Positions 56,674 to 64,000 of a stretch of 64,000 nucleotides of DNA are shown here, piece by piece. This stretch comes from Antedon mediterranea. Lineage: Eukaryota > Animalia > Echinodermata. Both the position numbers and the translations under genes were made by a program. The DNA lies in contig NC_092671.1 of assembly GCF_964355755.1 (NCBI RefSeq), positions 25,866,070-25,930,069 on the forward strand, read 5' to 3'. Below the pieces are notes generated by a model that was given only the letters and a program-made list of their open reading frames with translations, did no database searches and was not told where the DNA came from. How positions within the stretch are numbered: the stretch's first letter is position 1; each line of letters starts with the position of its first letter.

Positions 56674-58362
56674 TCATTGAATTATCATATAATTTGCGGA
56701 CCATGACCGAAGCACTTCCGCTTCGATCTATTCGACGAAAATAAAAAAAAAGGATAACTATTTTCTGCTTTATACTTAATTTAATGTAATGGTGATCTAA
56801 TAACAGGCGTAACAACACATAATACATATTGTAGTTGAATACTGGCTTAAATATTTTTGTTTTATATAAACTGTATTCTAAAAAATAGTTCTTTTCTAAT
56901 GAAGAATCTGGGAAGTTTACAATCAAGCAACAACACCACATTCTACGTGAATTCTGCTGTACGTGAACTAGCCTTAATACCGCCTGATTACGGTATATAG
57001 GCCTATCAGTATTAGCTTCAGAATAAATGACGACGCATTTGTTGTACCTTGATAGACAGAGCCCCAAGCAGACAGCCCACATTACAGATAATCTGTTCTG
57101 CAGCACAATACAACTGTACACGCGGTGATTCAACTAAAAGCAGTAAAAAGATTTTGGCACACAAGGCGTATCATATAATTTGCGGACCATGACCGAAGCA
57201 CTTCCGCTTCGATCTATTCGACGAAAATCAAAAAAGGATAACTATTTTCTGCTTTATACTTAATTTAATGTAATGGTGATCTAATAACAGGCGTAACAAC
57301 ACATAATACATATATTGTAGTTTAATACTGGCTTAAATATTTTTGTTTTATATAAACTGTATTCTAAAAAATGACAATTTAGAACTTAATTTTGCAATAG
57401 TACCTAATTTGGCGCCTTAAACGCCAAATTAAGTGCGGTACCTCATTTGGCAGTGGTACCTCATTTGGCGTGACACTCCTACTGTTCTGTATCCCGTTTG
57501 TCTTAATTTCCAAGTAAAAATGAGGTACCACCACGTAACTCCTTATGATTAGGCCTATTATCATAGAAGAGTACTATACGGACGTCGTACCTGGAAATCA
57601 CGAGAATTCAGTGTTTGTTGACCAATCATTTTTTAAAGAGCCGTATCTGACCATTGCATTGCCCTGTCTGTAAAATTACAGCAGGCCTACTTTATATTAT
57701 TGTGTTTTCCCTGTTTATCGATACCATGAAGGAAAACGTTTTTGTTCAATCAGAAAATTTTGCGAGATTTTTTTAATGGATATTATAATTTATAGTTACA
57801 GTTAGTCACCTGATTTTTGTGGCAAATCATTAATAGTTTTGACATTGTTAGGGTTAGGGACTATAAGACAGATTTTGGTTGCATGATTGTGGAAAACCAT
57901 CAATGTGGGTTTTTCTTCATACAAGCTACAGCCAAAATATAATAGGGGTATATATTTTTTCAAAGTCATCGTCAAACTCTGAGAGTCAATATAGTATTTC
58001 AAACGCATTCTTTCACCTCTAATTGCTCACATTTAATTAATAATATACTGAAATAAATTCGAGAAAACATTAACTTATTGTGTTTTGTTTTATTTATTGA
58101 TCGTTGTTTATCGTTTGTAAACCACAGAAAACCACAACTATAAAGAATAAAACATAAATTCACAAAATGCAACAAATTAATACAGTATTTGCTAGTGCAA
58201 TCATGAAACATTAATATTATAAGTACTTTATCGAAACATATAAAAATAATTGTGCAGATAATAGCACGTTGATATAAAATTCGTTCTATTTACAAGGAAT
58301 TCATTTAATATTTAAATTTATTTCAAACGAGTTTTATCCGGAAGATTCGGTAATTGAGTTGT

Positions 58363-59238
<876 letters not shown>

Positions 59239-60959
59239 CTAAAGCCTTGTTGGAATTTAAGGTACAGGTGAATCATTGAATTATCATATAATTTGCGGAC
59301 CATGACCGAAGCACTTCCGCTTCGATCTATTCGACGAAAATAAAAAAAGGATAACTATTTTCTGCTTTATACTTAATTTAATGTAATGGTGATCTAATAA
59401 CAGGCGTAACAACACATAATACATATTGTAGTTTAATACTGGCTTAAATATTTTTGTTTTATATAAACTGTATTCTAAAAAATAGTTCTTTTCTAATGAA
59501 GAATCTGGGAAGTTTACAATCAAGCAACAACACCACATTCTACGTGAATTCTGCTGTACGTGAACTAGCCTTAATACCGCCTGATTACGGTATATAGGCC
59601 TATCAGTATTAGCTTCAGAATAAATGACGACGCATTTGTTGTACCTTGATAGACAGAGCCCCAAGCAGACAGCCCACATTACAGATAATCTGTTCTGCAG
59701 CACAATACAACTGTACACGCGGTGTGATTCAACTAAAAGCAGTAAAAAGATTTTGGCACACAAGGCGTATCATATAATTTGCGGACCATGACCGAAGCAC
59801 TTCCGCTTCGATCTATTCGACGAAAATCAAAAAAGGATAACTATTTTCTGCTTTATACTTAATTTAATGTAATGGTGATCTAATAACAGGCGTAACAACA
59901 CATAATACATATTGTAGTTTAATACTGGCTTAAATATTTTTGTTTTATATAAACTGTATTCTAAAAAATGACAATTTAGAACTTAATTTTGCAATAGTAC
60001 CTAATTTGGCGCCTTAAACGCCAAATTAAGTGCGGTACCTCATTTGGCAGTGGTACCTCATTTGGCGTGACACTCCTACTGTTCTCTATCCCGTTTGTCT
60101 TAATTTCCAAGTAAAAATGAGGTACCACCACGTAACTCCTTATGATTAGGCCTATTATCATAGAAGAGTACTATACGGACGTCGTACCTGGAAATCACGA
60201 GAATTCAGTGTTTGTTGACCAATCATTTTTTAAAGAGCCGTATCTGACCATTGCATTGCCCTGTCTGTAAAATTACAGCAGGCCTACTTTATATTATTGT
60301 GTTTTCCCTGTTTATCGATACCATGAAGGAAAACGTTTTTGTTCAATCAGAAAATTTTGCGAGATTTTTTTAATGGATATTATAATTTATAGTTACAGTT
60401 AGTCACCTGATTTTTGTGGCAAATCATTAATAGTTTTGACATTGTTAGGGTTAGGGACTATAAGACAGATTTTGGTTGCATGATTGTGGAAAACCATCAA
60501 TGTGGGTTTTTCTTCATACAAGCTACAGCCAAAATATAATAGGGGTATATATTTTTTCAAAGTCATCGTCAAACTCTGAGAGTCAATACAGTATTTCAAA
60601 CGCATTCTTTCACCTCTAATTGCTCACATTTAATTAATAATATACTGAAATAAATTCGAGAAAACATTAACTTATTGTGTTTTGTTTTATTTATTGATCG
60701 TTGTTTATCGTTTGTAAACCACAGAAAACCACAACTATAAAGAATAAAACATAAATTCACAAAATGCAACAAATTAATACAGTATTTGCGAGTGCAATCA
60801 TGAAACATTAATATTATAAGTACTTTATCGAAACATATAAAAATAATTGTGCAGATAATAGCACGTTGATATAAAATTCGTTCTATTTACAAGGAATTCA
60901 TTTAATATTTAAATTTATTTCAAACGAGTTTTATCCGGAAGATTCGGTAATTGAGTTGT

Positions 60960-61835
<876 letters not shown>

Positions 61836-63460
61836 CTAAAGCCTTGTTGGAATTTAAGGTACAGGTGAATCATTGAATTATCATATAATTTGCGGACCAT
61901 GACCATGAGGCGTAACAACACATAATACATATTGTAGTTTAATACTGGCTTAAATATTTTTGTTTTATATAAACTGTATTCTAAAAAATAGTTCTTTTCT
62001 AATGAAGAATCTGGGAAGTTTACAATCAAGCAACAACACCACATTCTACGTGAATTCTGCTGTACGTGAACTAGCCTTAATACCGCCTGATTACGGTATA
62101 TAGGCCTATCAGTATTAGCTTCAGAATAAATGACGACGCATTTGTTGTACCTTGATAGACAGAGCCCCAAGCAGACAGCCCACATTACAGATAATCTGTT
62201 CTGCAGCACAATACAACTGTACACGCGGTGTGATTCAACTAAAAGCAGTAAAAAGATTTTGGCACACAAGGCGTATCATATAATTTGCGGACCATGACCG
62301 AAGCACTTCCGCTTCGATCTATTCGACGAAAATCAAAAAAGGATAACTATTTTCTGCTTTATACTTAATTTAATGTAATGGTGATCTAATAACAGGCGTA
62401 ACAACACATAATACATATTGTAGTTTAATACTGGCTTAAATATTTTTGTTTTATATAAACTGTATTCTAAAAAATGACAATTTAGAACTTAATTTTGCAA
62501 TAGTACCTAATTTGGCGCCTTAAACGCCAAATTAAGTGCGGTACCTCATTTGGCAGTGGTACCTCATTTGGCGTGACACTCCTACTGTTCTCTATCCCGT
62601 TTGTCTTAATTTCCAAGTAAAAATGAGGTACCACCACGTAACTCCTTATGATTAGGCCTATTATCATAGAAGAGTACTATACGGACGTCGTACCTGGAAA
62701 TCACGAGAATTCAGTGTTTGTTGACCAATCATTTTTTAAAGAGCCGTATCTGACCATTGCATTGCCCTGTCTGTAAAATTACAGCAGGCCTACTTTATAT
62801 TATTGTGTTTTCCCTGTTTATCGATACCATGAAGGAAAACGTTTTTGTTCAATCAGAAAACTTTGCGAGATTTTTTTTAATGGATATTATAATTTATAGT
62901 TAGTCACCTGATTTTTGTGGCAAATCATTAATAGTTTTGACATTGTTAGGGTTAGGGACTATAAGACAGATTTTGGTTGCATGATTGTGGAAAACCATCA
63001 ATGTGGGTTTTTCTTCATACAAGCTACAGCCAAAATATAATAGGGGTATATATTTTTTCAAAGTCATCGTCAAACTCTGAGAGTCAATACAGTATTTCAA
63101 ACGCATTCTTTCACCTCTAATTGCTCACATTTAATTAATAATATACTGAAATAAATTCGAGAAAACATTAACTTATTGTGTTTTGTTTTATTTATTGATC
63201 GTTGTTTATCGTTTGTAAACCACAGAAAACCACAACTATAAAGAATAAAACATAAATTCACAAAATGCAACAAATTAATACAGTATTTGCGAGTGCAATC
63301 ATGAAACATTAATATTATAAGTACTTTATCGAAACATATAAAAATAATTGTGCAGATAATAGCACGTTGATATAAAATTCGTTCTATTTACAAGGAATTC
63401 ATTTAATATTTAAATTTATTTCAAACGAGTTTTATCCGGAAGATTCGGTAATTGAGTTGT

Positions 63461-63700
<240 letters not shown>

Positions 63701-64000
63701 CTAAAGCCTTGTTGGAATTTAAGGTACAGGTGAATCATTGAATTATCATATAATTTGCGGACCATGACCGAAGCACTTCCGCTTCGATCTATTCGACGAA
63801 AATAAAAAAAGGATAACTATTTTCTGCTTTATACTTAATTTAATGTAATGGTGATCTAATAACAGGCGTAACAACACATAATACATATTGTAGTTTAATA
63901 CTGGCTTAAATATTTTTGTTTTATATAAACTGTATTCTAAAAAATAGTTCTTTTCTAATGAAGAATCTGGGAAGTTTACAATCAAGCAACAACACCACAT

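Overview
AT-rich animal (probably invertebrate) genomic DNA. The whole 64 kb window is one head-to-tail macrosatellite-like array of an intronless Kruppel-like factor gene of the KLF1/2/4 group, all copies on the minus strand. I count 12 full-length copies (275 aa from the ATG; one is 277 aa). There are also 15 identical 'mini-KLF' copies (84 aa), in which one in-frame 573-bp deletion joins MAYH directly to the zinc fingers. That deletion removes the activation motif, SUMO motif, basic NLS region and the first Cys of finger 1. Also present: 2 N-terminus-only fusion mini-ORFs, 1 start-less remnant and several gene-less units. Spacers consist of a 484-bp tandem unit, a hairpin/inverted-repeat module and the KLF 3' region. 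Units are arranged in higher-order blocks (1108, 2022, 3056, 3352, 3513, 3704 and 11521 bp). A 5'-truncated L2/CR1-group LINE inserted once and was then partly duplicated. The main hypothesis is inference only: a DUX4/D4Z4-like amplified transcription-factor array that also encodes its own co-amplified DNA-binding-only competitor. Expression, species and assembly accuracy cannot be judged from the sequence.
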